Below, piece by piece: positions 13,856 to 27,052 of a DNA stretch of 64,000 nt (position 1 is its first letter; every line of letters starts with the position of its first letter). Under the pieces are notes generated by a model. It had not been told where the DNA came from, made no database searches, and saw nothing but the letters and a program-made list of their open reading frames with translations. Both the position numbers and the translations under genes were made by a program. This stretch comes from Amoeboaphelidium protococcarum X5 (taxonomy: Eukaryota; Fungi; Aphelidiomycota): positions 472,476 through 536,475 of the forward strand of contig JALDTO010000162.1 of the NCBI GenBank assembly GCA_023515725.1, written 5' to 3'.

Positions 13856-14939
13856 CAGGAATAGGCTTTGAAGATCGCTTCCTAGTATATTTCATAGACG
13901 ACGACTATTTCAGCGGGGTGTAAGAGGCATTGGCAGCAAGAGGATTTGAAATACGCGACACTTGTAATTTCTACTACTCAGATGGCTTTCTTAGTAGACA
14001 GATAATGAGCGCCTTTATCAATCGATCACCGATAGGCTCTGATGCATTGGCGCCATCCTCCTCTGTGAATGGGTACGTGAATACTTCATTTCGGACCTCA
14101 TTTTCAACAAAGATTTTAAAGCGCACAGAGTTGAGTAGAAAGATGGGGGCATTCAGTGTGTACAATGCGGCAAACATCTGAGCAGTTCTAGAATCTTGAT
14201 ACCAATGCTGATGGACTGGAAATGCAGTGCGACTTTTCAACTCTGTACCAATAAACGTAAACGAATCGCAATAATAATCTTGGAAACAAACGTCCATACA
14301 AGATTGATAATCATACTCAGGCTTGGCCATGATGCCCCCAATTCGCGTTTTGCGTTCGGCTATTGGCTTCGCTGCGACTTAGAGAATTGAAGCTATCGCA
14401 CCAACCAGTATAGACAAAACAGCAAAAATATTAACCTCAGAATCAGCTTCACGCAGTTGTGTCAGAGACAATTAAATCGTTTGATTATCCTTGACAATTT
14501 ACCAATAATCAATCCAATCCTAGCGCGAAACCTTGAGCAGAGCTGCTAAACTATCAAGCCCATCATACTCACAGCCTAAAGGTTGAACATTTCTATACAG
14601 CGCTGGATGGAATAAAACATGCTTTAACTATGATGCATGTGGAGTAACAATTACATGGGTCTATTTCTCTTAATCACGATCATCCGAACGCGAAACCAGC
14701 CTGACAGACGCCTTAAGAACAAATTCATGGAGCTTTATACAATGAGATTAAATTAGGTCTTGCAAAGGAGTTTCGAAATTCTGCCCCATATCATCATCGG
14801 AATCATCTTCAACATAATCTAGGATATCAACGGTTGATCCAGATCTAGAGGAATTTGCCTCTATGTAAGCACTTGGCTCTACTCGAACTAATTACGGCAA
14901 TGAGATATCAAGACTCTGATTGAACGTAGGTAAGGACAT
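13856..14939 (-). pseudogene. Frameshifted PD-(D/E)xK/REase-fold-like protein (Crinkler-type effector domain-like)
   Basis: MDVCFQ...FIGTELKSRTAF..HQHWYQDSRTAQMFAALY has D...ExK...Q spacing; the frame appears to break between the ATG and this core. Confidence 0.4.
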
Positions 14940-15559
14940 ATGACGCGTTAATTAGTATTAATTAAGTACTAATAGAAATAAACAAAGACTCAGAACAGAA
15001 AGAAGGCTATGAGTTTTCCGCCGGTGAATAAAAAGTAAAAATTTTCTCTTCTACAGCAAAATAGTGAAAACACTAAGCTTCTTCGACAGTCCACATATGA
15101 TAAGTAGTATAGACTGGGATATGATAAGATTCATAAACTTCATGCTTTCAGGATCCTTATAGGTCGCATCAATGAGGAAATTGTAACACTCGATCGAGTA
15201 GCTTACTTACACGAATCGAGTCAAAGTGCTGGTATCCGAGATATCCGCTTAATACCTCTTTTTCAGATGAAGTAATCTCCGCGGAATATGGTGATTATCG
15301 CCAATAGATGATTAATTTTGTGTTGGAAATTTTATTGGAGTTCCCTATTATTATTATTCTTCTTATTATTATGATTCTCATTACAGTATTATTATTTAGA
15401 CTTGAGTTTAATTTGCAATAACAGATATTTCACAACATCGTTTAGAATGGAATTATTCATTGAGCTAATTTATCATTAATTTTTGAAACGCGGGTGAGAT
15501 CAATAAAGCCAGGCATAACTGCCCATTAAGCGGGATTGTCCGGATCCGGAAAGGGTAGT

Positions 15560-16020
15560 GGAGCAAGATTACGCAACTCTGCATCATCATGCTAGTACCC
15601 ATGGGATCGTATGTGTTCCTTTGCAGCATTAATCGCTTCATTAGGATTGTTTCGCCAATACTTCAAGTTTGTTAGTCCAACAAAGCCAACTCGGCAACTT
15701 TGGTACCATTATAAAAGTCTTCATCAGGTCTCAGTCTTCTATTCCAGGAGTGCGGAGGACAAAATATGAGAGTATCTTACTCACTGCCTTCTGAAGAAAT
15801 AGAATAGCAGCGTGCATGAATGGCGAATGGCATAACCAAATATTTCATGCAATTCAAAGTCTTGATACAGACTTGCCTGCATTGCGGGTAAAGGATCTGC
15901 CATAGTTTTAACTCATCTTCAAGACTATTCTTGGAATCGCTTCGTAATCGCTTCACAACACATAGGTGACCTGATATATCAGCTGCCATATACACGGTGC
16001 CATCGCCACCCGTATGATGA
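15560..16020 (-). pseudogene. Kinase-like fragment (DUF5898-like fungal family)
   Basis: GGDGTVYMAADISGHLCVVK...LEDELKLWQILYP...LVMPF resembles a kinase N-lobe; truncated. Confidence 0.45.
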
Positions 16021-16276
16021 TATCTTTCAAATAGAGTTCGTCACGCATATATTCAGTCTCTTGGCGGTTTTAAAAATCTAAAGCTTTAATGCCAAACTAG
16101 AATCGCTCTAATAGGTATCGGGATCACCAAGATCATCCTAGAGACCGCAAAGTTGCGCATAGCAACCATCTGATAAGGATTTTCATTACTGAAGATGTGG
16201 TGAGCCTTGATTTGAAAATATATCCCATCTGCATTTACTTTACATTTTGGTCATTCTCCTACTTAGTTATTAAGAG

Positions 16277-16735
16277 ATGAGCAAGCAGCACAAATTGAAA
16301 GCTTTCGTTCAATCAGACGGATCTATTGACATAGTCGATTCCTCGGCAGGTCGGGAATTGTATATCACTCTGAATAAAACAATCTAGTTAAAACCCACAT
16401 CTAGCGCAATTAGGGTCTTTCCTGATGGTTCCAAGGTTGTAAGTGGTCACAGTAATGGTTAGGTATGTATTTGGAATGTTTCTGATGGATAACTTTTGAA
16501 GACTTTGAGTGGGCATTCTGGCGGCAATATGTCAATTGAGTTTTCGCCTAATGGCTCCAAAATTGTTGTTGATGACTATAATGGCAAAGTATGTATTTGG
16601 GATGTGACGAATGGTTTTCAACAATCTTATTTGAATGTTACATGTTCAAGTTCTAATTCGTATGGCTTCTCTAAAGACAACCAATATATAGCGGTTGTTC
16701 ACGATGATGGATCATCAATCAAAGTTTTTAACGTA
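16277..16735 (+). pseudogene. Truncated WD40-repeat gene
   Basis: VFPDGSKVVSGHSNGQVCIWNVSDGQLLKTLSGHS, FSPNGSKIVV..VCIWDV; WD40 pattern ends abruptly at ~16735. Confidence 0.65.
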
Positions 16736-17277
16736 AATCTACTCAACTGCTCTTTAAATCTTACCCTTTTCAATCTTTTTCACAGCATCGTCGCTCTTCC
16801 TCTTCTTAGTCTCAAAGTCGCCACATTCTTGCTCGTATATCGAAATCAAATTATCTAAACTTCTGATAGCCCAAAGAGTCTTCAACTCCACTGTAAGTTT
16901 TGGAAGATGCTTGGCTCTATCAGACACCAAAACCAGATCTGGGTCACCAAATACTGAGCTGCCGGATTAAGATAAAAATCCACAATCAGTACCGAAATAC
17001 GCGTAATCTTTATGGCCAGAGAGCGATCGGCAGCATTCACTGACTACTTTAGCTGGTTTTCTTTGATACTCAGCTTAAACTTGACTTTCATTGCTAATAT
17101 AATCTTCTTCTGCCAATGATAGATATTTAAATAGTTCCAAATCCGGGACCTTAGCAATGAAATCCACAGCTGTTTCGTCAAAGTCGGGCCAGATGCGTAA
17201 ATCAAGTCGTGATATGTCAGCATACTTTTTACTAACACTTGTTGTAGTCCTTTTCCCACTCATCTAAGGGCCAACAT
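16733..17277 (-). pseudogene. Truncated Crinkler-type REase (PD-(D/E)xK) domain gene
   Basis: LRIWPDF, SNESQVQ, VFGDPDLVLV, LTVELKTLW, RAVEQIY, then cut off where the WD40 fragment ends. Confidence 0.55.
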
Positions 17278-17580
17278 GGCATTCTTTAAAAGTAAAATTA
17301 ATCGAGTCAGAGACAGTTTACAGGATCTTGTTATTTGACTGCACTAAATATTCAAAGATATCATGTCCATGTGATTTGTCCTTTAATATCGCACTCGAGT
17401 TCGCCCCTTCATTGTCAGTTGTTGGAAAATAACGCGTCCACACTGACTTAAATCTCTGAGGCATGATGTCGCTACCTGTTTATCACACGTTGGTAGCAGT
17501 TAACATCATTCCGCCACTTTATATAAAATTTAGCGAATAACATTTCTAATTAATCAGGATAAAATAAGAAGCATATTTAG

Positions 17581-19254
17581 TCAGTATTTTTATTGTTTTT
17601 TCAATGTTTTGTCGTTTATATAAGCACCCAGTCCACCACCACCGCCGCCGCTACTCTTCTGAATACTCAGTGAATCGGACGCACCGCTAGCTGTAGCCAA
17701 TTCTTGAAAACACCTCTCTGCACATTATTTCAAATCACGCCAACTAAGAATCAGGCAATTGGATTCATCGCAACTCACCAGCAAGACGTTCTCTTCACTG
17801 CCGCAATCCAACTTGTTCAGGCATTTCAAAACGTGAGCCATATTCAAAACTGGTACATGCATTCCATTCACACCAGGTGCCTGTTAGTGGAAGATGTAAT
17901 CTCGTAGGAGAGACAGAGTGTACCGATCACCAGTCTGAGCCCATGTGGTATCACCAAGTAGATGGTCACGCTCCAAAATCGCATTCAATTTCACCATCAA
18001 TCTAAACAATCTGCCATTCTCAATATCCCTCTTCATAGAGGACTGAATAATATCAGCCATAGCGTATGCTCTCTATGTCTCTTGGATCAGCTTAGGCGCC
18101 ATAACTGGAAAGCATTGACCAATAATGTTGGATGCAATCTATTTTTCTACCACATAGCCTGATTAAACGTTATTCATCTCTGTTTGACATGCGTCTAGAA
18201 TAAACAAAATCAAATTCTTTAAATCCTGCTCCTCTGGTGCACCCGACTTGCTATTGACGTCGTTACAAAATGTATTAATAAACGCAGGAATAATCTACTA
18301 AGGCTGATAAATCATATCTGGAGCATCACATTACAGAGCTAAAGAGGCAATCAAAGTGACAGCCTGCATTAGATCATTCAGTTAACTATGAATAAGCTAC
18401 CCAGTGGTATAACTCTAACTTTAAGAGTACAATACATGTGGAATGCCAAGATATGCCAATCTGATCTATCCAGAATAACTTCTCATCACCGTGAAAGGAT
18501 TCAAGATTCCCACAGTTAAACCACATTAGAATATCTGATGCAACAGGCTCAGCAATTACACCAAGACACTCCACACTTCATCAATGATAGCCCGGCAATC
18601 TATATTCTAATCAGTAACATACAAAGGAAACGCATGATACAGAGGTGTTAAAGAACCAAAACTGTCATATATAAACATGAGCGAATCATCGCCAAAGAAT
18701 CTGGTGGAGAAGGCCTCCTTTAACTTTACCACTCCCGGCAGATAAACCAGACCGCCGTTAATATACTTGCCAAGAGATAGAAGAATTTTTTCATTCAGCG
18801 GTTTATATCCACACACTCTAATCATTGTCACGAACGAACTATCCACAGCACTAATACCATGATATCTTATCAACTAATACTCAGACAGAACGTGCCGCAG
18901 ATCATCATGATCATCCACCTAAACCACAGAGTGGTAATCACCGACTGATACAGACTATTTGGCTGAATTGAAGTACACATTATATTGACTCTGCATTTCA
19001 GATAGTATCCGATGCCTGAGTTGACTTTCTACCTGGTACTGTTTACTGTTACTACTACTATTCTAAAGCTGTGATGCATCAAAGTATATATTATGGTCAA
19101 GCGGATCCACTTGGGAATGTCTATATGTGAGTTGGTCAATATGCACCGGTTATACATACCCATCACTACCAACAACAGGTAACTGAAAAAATTCGGCATT
19201 CTGTCCATACTCTGTCTATTCTGGATAATCCCGATTAATGTTAACTTTAGTCAT
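17581..19254 (-). CDS. PAN3: PAN2-PAN3 deadenylase subunit PAN3 (pseudokinase)
   Basis: LKEAFSTRFFGDDSLMFIYD; ENGRLFRLMVKLNAILER; WAQTGDRYTLSLLRDYIFH(TAA=Q); LNKLDCG; 558 codons. Confidence 0.9.
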
Positions 19255-19740
19255 TTTTTACGATACCTGACTCACTTGGCTAATTATTTAATTTTAATCT
19301 AAACTGCTGACACCATTGTCAGGTGCAATACTTGACTTTGACGACTACGGTTCAAATTAGATCTATTGTTATGAAATCTCTCCCTATCCAGGAGTCGCTA
19401 TTACAGTTGAACTATGTTTATATAGACATCCCTACTTCTCATACTTGCAATAGCCATACAGAGCAATATTTCTGCACTACTTATCGAACCTCTACTACTA
19501 GTTCTTACTAGCAGACTGCTAATCCTCCTCTTCTCCTTCGCCCATGACTAGAGAATCGGATACTTGAATCCTACAGCAGACTTTTCACAAAACTTCAAGT
19601 AAGAAATTACCCACCAGGAAGAACAATCTAATATTCTAAATAATTCCAAGAAGACTGCCCTCTAAAATACCCAGGAGCCAAAACTATAACAATAGAGCGT
19701 ACTGAAATAAAACTCGATTATCTGCTAAAGAAATCCAATC

Positions 19741-19820
19741 GAGACGAGACGAGACGAGAGAAAGAGCGAACTGTTGAAAGAGAGATGCGGAGAGATGAAG
19801 AGAGATGCAGAGAGAGAGAT
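19741..19820 (+). repeat. Purine-rich simple repeats (GAGAC)n and AGAGATGNRG
   Basis: Seen directly: gagacgagacgagacgagag...agagatgcggagagatgaagagagatgcagagagagagat. Confidence 0.6.
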
Positions 19821-20326
19821 CAGTGAATAAGAGTACGAGCTAAAGAGCGTATCATGCGAGGTTAAGCTGTGATGGAAGATTCATTGTAATATGAAGGTAA
19901 CAAAGAGTGTAACTGACACTATTTATTGATAGATGTTGCTGCTTCACGTTCTATGCGCTAAAGATTTCGTTTGATTTGTATCATGCTGTACTACTGTAAG
20001 CATTCAATACGCGTTGCTCTCTTGGTGCTTTAAGGATGAATGAGACAACTGTTCAGAATAGATGGACGTTTGCTTTACAGATGGAGACGTTTGCCTGGCT
20101 ACGATTATTAAATAAGTGCTATTTTATATCATGGTATTTTGTCTAGGCTTCTTGGTAACGATTGGAACCTCTAAATTAAATTTAGATCTTTGTCTAGATC
20201 CTACAGTTGTATACAACGCAGAATATTGCTATCCATCACCTCTATTGAATAAGTTGTAACTGTATAAAAGCGCTTCCAAATATGGTCAGAAAATCTGGTT
20301 ATGGTGGTGGCGGACGTGAGTAAATC

Positions 20327-21121
20327 ATGTCTAAACTAATGTTCATTGCTGGCTTTGTATTCTTTGCCTTGGACATTCTGTCGCTAGGTACAACGTTCAG
20401 CTTCATTCAGACAAGATTGTATCCTATAAGTCCAAGTAATGCTCGGTTCAATTACTATAATAAGACGAGTCAGTCCACAGTTTATTTCAATACCACCGGA
20501 AATCCTAATCTATACGTTGTTGATTCCTCCATATGCCTACCCATGTCTCCTGATCGCATAAAGGACAACTTCCGCTTGAATATGTGGTTTGCAGGTGCCT
20601 TCTTCCTCGTCGCCTCGGTGTTGACCATCTTGTACACGGCTTATGCTTCGTTTTATATTGCTGGACGTGGTGTGTATTAATGTACCGATGGTGAAGGCAA
20701 TTCTACTTGTAAATTGTACTTGGTGAATCCGTGGTTTGTGTAACTGAGATAGCTGTACGCTGGCAAAGGTTGGATGTCGGAAGGTGATAGCCATCGCTTG
20801 AATAAGCTGGATCATAATTACCAGGCGTTAACTGGGTACTTTTCATATGCTCAACTCTTCTTCCTGGCAGCGTTTATCTTGATGTGCAGTCCTAATAGCA
20901 GCTTTGTCGACCCCTTGTCATTGCTGAACTATTGTGCTTCTGTCGCGTCCATAATCCGCAAAATTCCCAAAATTGCGTCCGTCACTGTGAATTTTGCTGG
21001 ATGTTGCTGCTTCTGCTTCGGTAAGAAGGGCCGCTATGTCGAAGCATTCATTGGTATATTGATTTGTCTGGCTATTATGATAATGCCCATAGTGAGCTTC
21101 TTCACATATGTTCCCTTTTGA
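20327..21121 (+). CDS. Multi-pass membrane protein of unknown function
   Basis: Two ORF pieces join through TAA/TAG into 265 codons with about five hydrophobic segments. Confidence 0.65.
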
Positions 21122-21268
21122 TCGAAACGCCATATGATGATGATAATTTAGCATTTTGAAATAGATAACAATTATGATATACTATATTGTTCAACTTTCA
21201 CGTACTCTTTATATTCAAATTTCATGATATGGTACTATAAAGATAGCTCCTTTCAGATCTTGGCCAAA

Positions 21269-23146
21269 TCAGCTCGAATCTTCCATTTCTACATCCATGT
21301 CGACAAACATCGAATTGATGGACGAGTCGTATTTGGCAGCGCTTTGAGGTGACTAGATGGTATCATTAGATACCAATTCAAAAGATAGTTGTATGTCTGA
21401 ATCCTGTTCATTCTTAGTATACTCTGACACAGACACGGTGGATCCTTCTTTAATACACTTCTCTGCCTCCCATTGCTTACTGAATCTGACTCGAAGCACT
21501 TCTTAACCAGCACCATCTCCCACAGCGTCGCTCGCCTCGACATAGCCAAATTTATGAAGATGCTTCAGTAAAATCGATGGTCCAGGCATTCCAGATCCGG
21601 CTTTCATATAGGTAGGCTGTTTAAGAACAGCATTATACGGACTGACAACTAGAGTTCGCGGTCTATTATCCAGACTAAACGCTGCCGCTCCGCCACCTCT
21701 TCCTGACGATGTACCTCTACCTCCCCGGCCACGAGCCCGCCTACCAGCGTAAGCGCCACGGATAGGTGCTGTACCACTCCACGGCTGGACACCTTATGGC
21801 TAGACTTGAGGCATCTGAACGTCAGAGCCATTCGACTGAGCATTCTACTACGCAGCCTATAGATCACTTTACATGGTACGAGTTTCAACATCAACTTGTG
21901 GTTATTCTTCAGCTTTAACAATCTTTGCAGTTGGCAACTTGATGACTGAAGATACCGCCTATAACTGTTGTAAAATCTTGTTCTTCTCCTCCTCATTCAA
22001 ATGTCCAATATTAGCCATCAGAAGGCGCCTCTACTCATCCTGCTTCTTGGCCAATTCCTGCATTTACTAGCTTAAAGCCTACTGGAGCTACAAATTTTAC
22101 TCCTTCTTTTATTAAAGCTCTTCAGCCGTCATTTTAACCATTTCTACTTCTTAATCCGCGCTGTTATCGCCACTCTCACCTGAATCTTCACCATGTCTAT
22201 CCCGGCTAACGTATTCTCTAACATTATAGACTTTGATAAATCGATTATTAAGGACAGCAGCGGGATCTTCAAAGGCCTTCTGGGCCATCTCAACACCACG
22301 CTACTCATCGTCGCCAGAGTCAAATTCGACTATACACTTTCCCTCCATAGGATAAATGTTAACATTCTTTATAGGCCCATACTTTGAGAAATAATCGCGT
22401 ATAACCTACTCCGGATTGTTATTAGTCTCAGAGGGAGTGAGGATCTCAGCAGGTACATTCACCACGGAGATCTTGTTGGTAAACTTGGAGACACTACGAC
22501 GCTCAGCTCTGTCAAATCTCCCAGCGCCATAACTATTATTATCGCGGCGTCTATCACCATATCCATCTTGTTAACTACCACCACCACCACGCCCAGATGA
22601 ATACGGCGAGAATCTCTGACGCGATTAATAATGCTGACCGCGACCTCTACTGTCAGGTGGACCATATCTGCTAGAATCTCTATCATATGAATCACGCTAT
22701 GCTCTCAGATCGTAATGTCCACGCTAAAATCTATCATGCTACTACTACTACTACTACTACTGACTACGGTCAATATACTACTAATCGCGGTCTGTCTACT
22801 ATTATGGATATTACTAGTTACCTTAATATCGCGGAGGATGACGGTCTCTCGGAGAAGCATAATTTTAGGAGCTAAACTCGTTAGCATCAACAATTCCAGT
22901 CTAAACGTATAAATCCAATAGCAAATCTAGGAAAACATCAGTAGACACTCTAGTAATAAAAGGAGCCAGGTCCCTGCTGAACTACTGGCGCAATTGCTCA
23001 ACATCGGAGAATTAATTCTTACTAATAGCCACAATGTACTCTGATAGAACATTACTATCCGCGTCACTATAGCGTGGTAATATTTAGAGCAACGACTACC
23101 GCAATTTCTCCCCTTTCTCCGCGGTAACATCCAATTACAGCGGCAT
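21269..23146 (-). CDS. RBM26/RBM27-like RNA-binding protein (PWI-like + RRMs)
   Basis: N-term YSDADSNVLSEYIVAI..LAPFI; RRM DYFSKYGPIKNVNI..AVLNNRFIKVY; second RRM VRFSKQWEAEKCI; poly-Q encoded by (TAG)7. Confidence 0.78.
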
Positions 23147-23421
23147 AATTCTATTAAGATTACAGGATAATAAGGCAATCTAAAATCTAAAATAAAAGAG
23201 ATGTTATGTAGATCTTTTGACACTCGCACTACAAATGATCTTTCGAAGGAGAAAAGAGCTCTAGACGCGACTAAAAGCTAAAAGTGACCGCAACGTTCAA
23301 GAGAAGGGAAAACCTCTCGGCGTATCGTTCTCGAAGAGAATTTTGCACGCAAATTCGCTATTCTCCATCACTCTTTGAGTGGCGGTGATATTATTGAGGA
23401 AAAAGATATACCAAAATAGTA

Positions 23422-25503
23422 ATGATTAGATAGATAGTAACGCGTCAAGTTGTGCGATTTGCATCATCTTCTTACCATGGGTATAAGCCGCCGCAGCCGA
23501 AGCCTTTGAAAGTACCTCCTGGATTGTTGGCACTTGGTATCACTGCCGCGCTTGGATCTGCGTTCTACTTGACAAGCCCTCCGCCATCATACAGAAGTCA
23601 TCAGCTGGGTGAAGAGGGAACCGATGATGTTCGACACGACGTGTGGATCAGTTCTAATCCTGACTAGAGAAGACAGTTGGGACACGGCAAGATATCAGAC
23701 TTGGTGCACAAGGCAAAAGACGCGGTGGAACACGTGGTGTAAGAGGTCATATCTGAGTAGGGCGATATTGTGGAAGATGTGCTGGAGGAAGCTGCGCGCG
23801 AAATCGTTGAGGAGACTGTCGGAGTCTCATTGTAGAAGGAAGAAGTTGCGGCTGGCTCATAGCATTCCGTAGCAGAGTAGAATGAGAAGTCTCAGGAAAA
23901 TGGCAATGTTGTGCATACACCCTCTAAAACGTCTCCGTATGATGATATGATTGAATGTTAGTATCTGCTGATTGGCGGTGGTACTGCCTCTTTCAGTGCT
24001 ATGAAATCGATATATCAGCAGGATCCGCAAGCTAGAGTATTGATTGTCAGTGCTGAGAGCCAGATTCCTTATATGCGCCCACCACTGAGTAAAGAGCTGT
24101 GGTAGGGTGAGAAGAGTTAGTCGGATGTGAGTGCAATCAAGTTCAAAGATTGGGGTGGTACTGAGAGAAGCTTGTATTTTGAAGACGCGTCCAGTTATAG
24201 CGTAGTCAAGTCTAGCGATTCTGTTGAGTATTAACAGGGAGACGATGGTGCCCATAAGCCGGTGATTATGCTCAACGCTTCTGTCTAGGATCTGAATGTT
24301 GATACACACCTGGCCAAGCTCAATACTGGTAGATTCGTCAAATACGAAAAAGTTCTGATAGCCACTGGAGGTAGTGCTAAGTTGGTAAAGTAATTGCCTG
24401 TAGAGTTCTAGAGTCGCGTCACCACTTTCAGAACTGTGGATGATTATAAGAGACTTGCTGATGTCATACAGAGTGGTAACAAGCGTATCCTGATTGTCGG
24501 AGGTGGATTCTTGGGTAGTGAGCTGGCTTGTGGTGTAGCAAGATTTGGTCGTAGGTATTAAACGAAAGTCACTCAGATTATGCCTGAAAATGGAAATATG
24601 GGACTTGTCTTGCCTAAATACTTGGTCAAGTGGACTACTGAGAAGGTGCGCGCTGAGGGTGTTGATGTTCTACCAGATGTGTACATCAAAGGTGCTAAAC
24701 TGATTAATTCTAAGCAGCAGATAGAGGTTTAATTGGATAATGGTAAAACGGTACAGGCTGATCATGTTGTCGTTTGCGTTGGTATTGACGCTAATGTCTC
24801 TTTGGCGCGTAAGGCTGGTCTAGAGATTGACAAGGTGCACGGCGGTATTGTAGTTAATGACTAGCTTGAGGCGCGTAGAAATGTCTTTGTTGCCGGTGAT
24901 GTAGCATCTTTCCATGACATCACTTTGGGCCGTCGTCGTATTGAACATCATGATCATGCTATCCTTAGTGGCCGCATTGCAGGTAGAAATATGGCTGTGA
25001 AGGAGGATCGCAAGAGAAAGTCTTACAAGCATCAGTCAATGTTCTGGAGTGATTTGGGACCAAATATTGGGTATGAAGCTGTCGGTATTTTGGATAGCAA
25101 GTTGAAAACTGTCGGTCTATGGGCAAAGTAGAAGAAGGTTGATACTCCAAAGTAGGTGGTGTCTGTCGACACTTAGGAGGACCATAACGTCCGTGTCACT
25201 AGCCCTGAGGATCTGGTAGAAGCATCCCCCGCTGATGTTCTAGCCAAGACTGAAGCGGATTTCAAGTAGGATGAAGATGCTGATGTTTATTCAGTGACGC
25301 AGTAGAACTCTTCATCTACCGGTGGAGATGATTACGGCAAAGGTGTTGTATTGTACCTAGATCCTGAGGATGGGAAGATTGTTGGTGTCCTACTATGGAA
25401 CTTGTTTAACCGCACTAATATTGCGCGAAGACTTGTTGCTGAGCAGAAGACTATACAAGACATTAGAAATTTGGCGTCGCTATTTAAAATCCATGATAAT
25501 TGA
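23422..25503 (+). CDS. AIFM1: Apoptosis-inducing factor, mitochondrial FAD/NADH oxidoreductase
   Basis: [79 protein letters not shown]. Confidence 0.92.
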
Positions 25504-25651
25504 TCCATTATTATTATTAGATTGAAGATTAAAAGTGATACAGATGCTATAAGGAAAAACAGTAATAACACTATTATATCATTTGGAAACAGTATACTGT
25601 ATATATTCTCTTCAAAACTCCCTACTATACTCTCAAATCAGAACCATGGAT

Positions 25652-27052
25652 TCACAGAGTTCTAGTGTACAAAATGTCACTCTTTTTAAATCCATTAAAG
25701 TTGGATGCAGCACAAATGGTGTAAGCGCCAGTATTTTCAAAATACAGCCAGTCTCCGATTTCCATTTTCGGCAAAAGACTATTCTTGGTAATACAGTCCA
25801 TAGAGTCGCAACTAGGTCCCCAAATACTGCACGGGTACATTGCTGTGTCTTAAGCAGCTGACACGGTACCATGGCGGTACACTAAAGGTTCAACGACAGC
25901 GTGATCAAACAAAATACAATTAAAGGATCCGTACACACCATCATTAACATAATACATAAAGCTCTACTTTCCACTGTCGGCATCTTGTACACTGCGGCGA
26001 GCCGTAATCTACACAGCCAGAGTAAAGGCAGAAGCAACAAAGAATCTTCCAGGCTCGGCAATAATATTGATTCCCATAGAATCGGGAAAGTGCACATCCA
26101 GAGCCTATCTGATCACAGCAGCAATCTCCTCAAAAGACACAGGAGCCGGCTGGTTAGACGGGAAACCACCTCCAATGTCCAACAAGGTAAAATTGAATCC
26201 CAAATCACGTCCCAGATCGAAAGCTCTTCTAGCAGCGATAATAGCATCACTAAATGCCTTGGCATTAAAGCAGCCACTACCAACATGAAAACTAACACCG
26301 ATAACATCAAGCTCTAACTCAGCAGCCACTCTCAACAAATGCTAAACCATGCTCTCGGATGCACCAAACTTTGTGCCCAACTTGCAAACACTATGACTAT
26401 CATCAGTTAATATACGCAAAACCAACTGGGCATTAGGATGCAACAGTTTAATCTTGTGCAACTCATCTGCATTATCAAAAGTCATCTTGCGTACACCCTA
26501 ACTGGCAGCAAACTTGATATGAGACGCTTGCTTGGTAGGATTCGCGTAGATGATCTTCTCCGGCTAAACTCCCAGATCCAGCATGGTCTTTATCTCGCTC
26601 TTACTGGCGCAATCAAATCCAATACCTTCATTGACAAGTGTCTTCAGAACACCCATGTCGGTATTGCATTTGACTGCGTAGAAGGGCGCCACTCGTGGCA
26701 ACTGCATCTTCCATCTCACATGCTGCCTAATAATCTCGCCAAGATCAGCCACAAAGAAGGCATCCTCCTCTCTATCGCAATCATAAACTTGCTAGATCTT
26801 CTCCGATATGATGGCCATTGTCAGTCTATTATCAACCTCTAAATCGCCAATATTATCGTCGTCTTATACATTTTTATTACTCTTCTTTATATCCGCTTCA
26901 GTGACGTCGACAGCTGAATCTATAGTCGGCTTATCACCAGCACCGCCATTGTTGTTCAAGAACCATGGAGATGAGTAGAGCAGTTTGTCTGCCAAGCACT
27001 AAGATTCATCGACATTTATAACCAATCTATTAACCTTGTCAATTTCCAACAT
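25652..27052 (-). CDS. SPE1: Ornithine decarboxylase
   Basis: [42 protein letters not shown]; 467 codons in table 6. Confidence 0.96.

Noticed and set aside
21451-21460. 10-nt match (TAATACACTT) to the putative Fanzor guide
   Set aside because: Too short and AT-rich to exceed chance; similarity stops after 10 nt.
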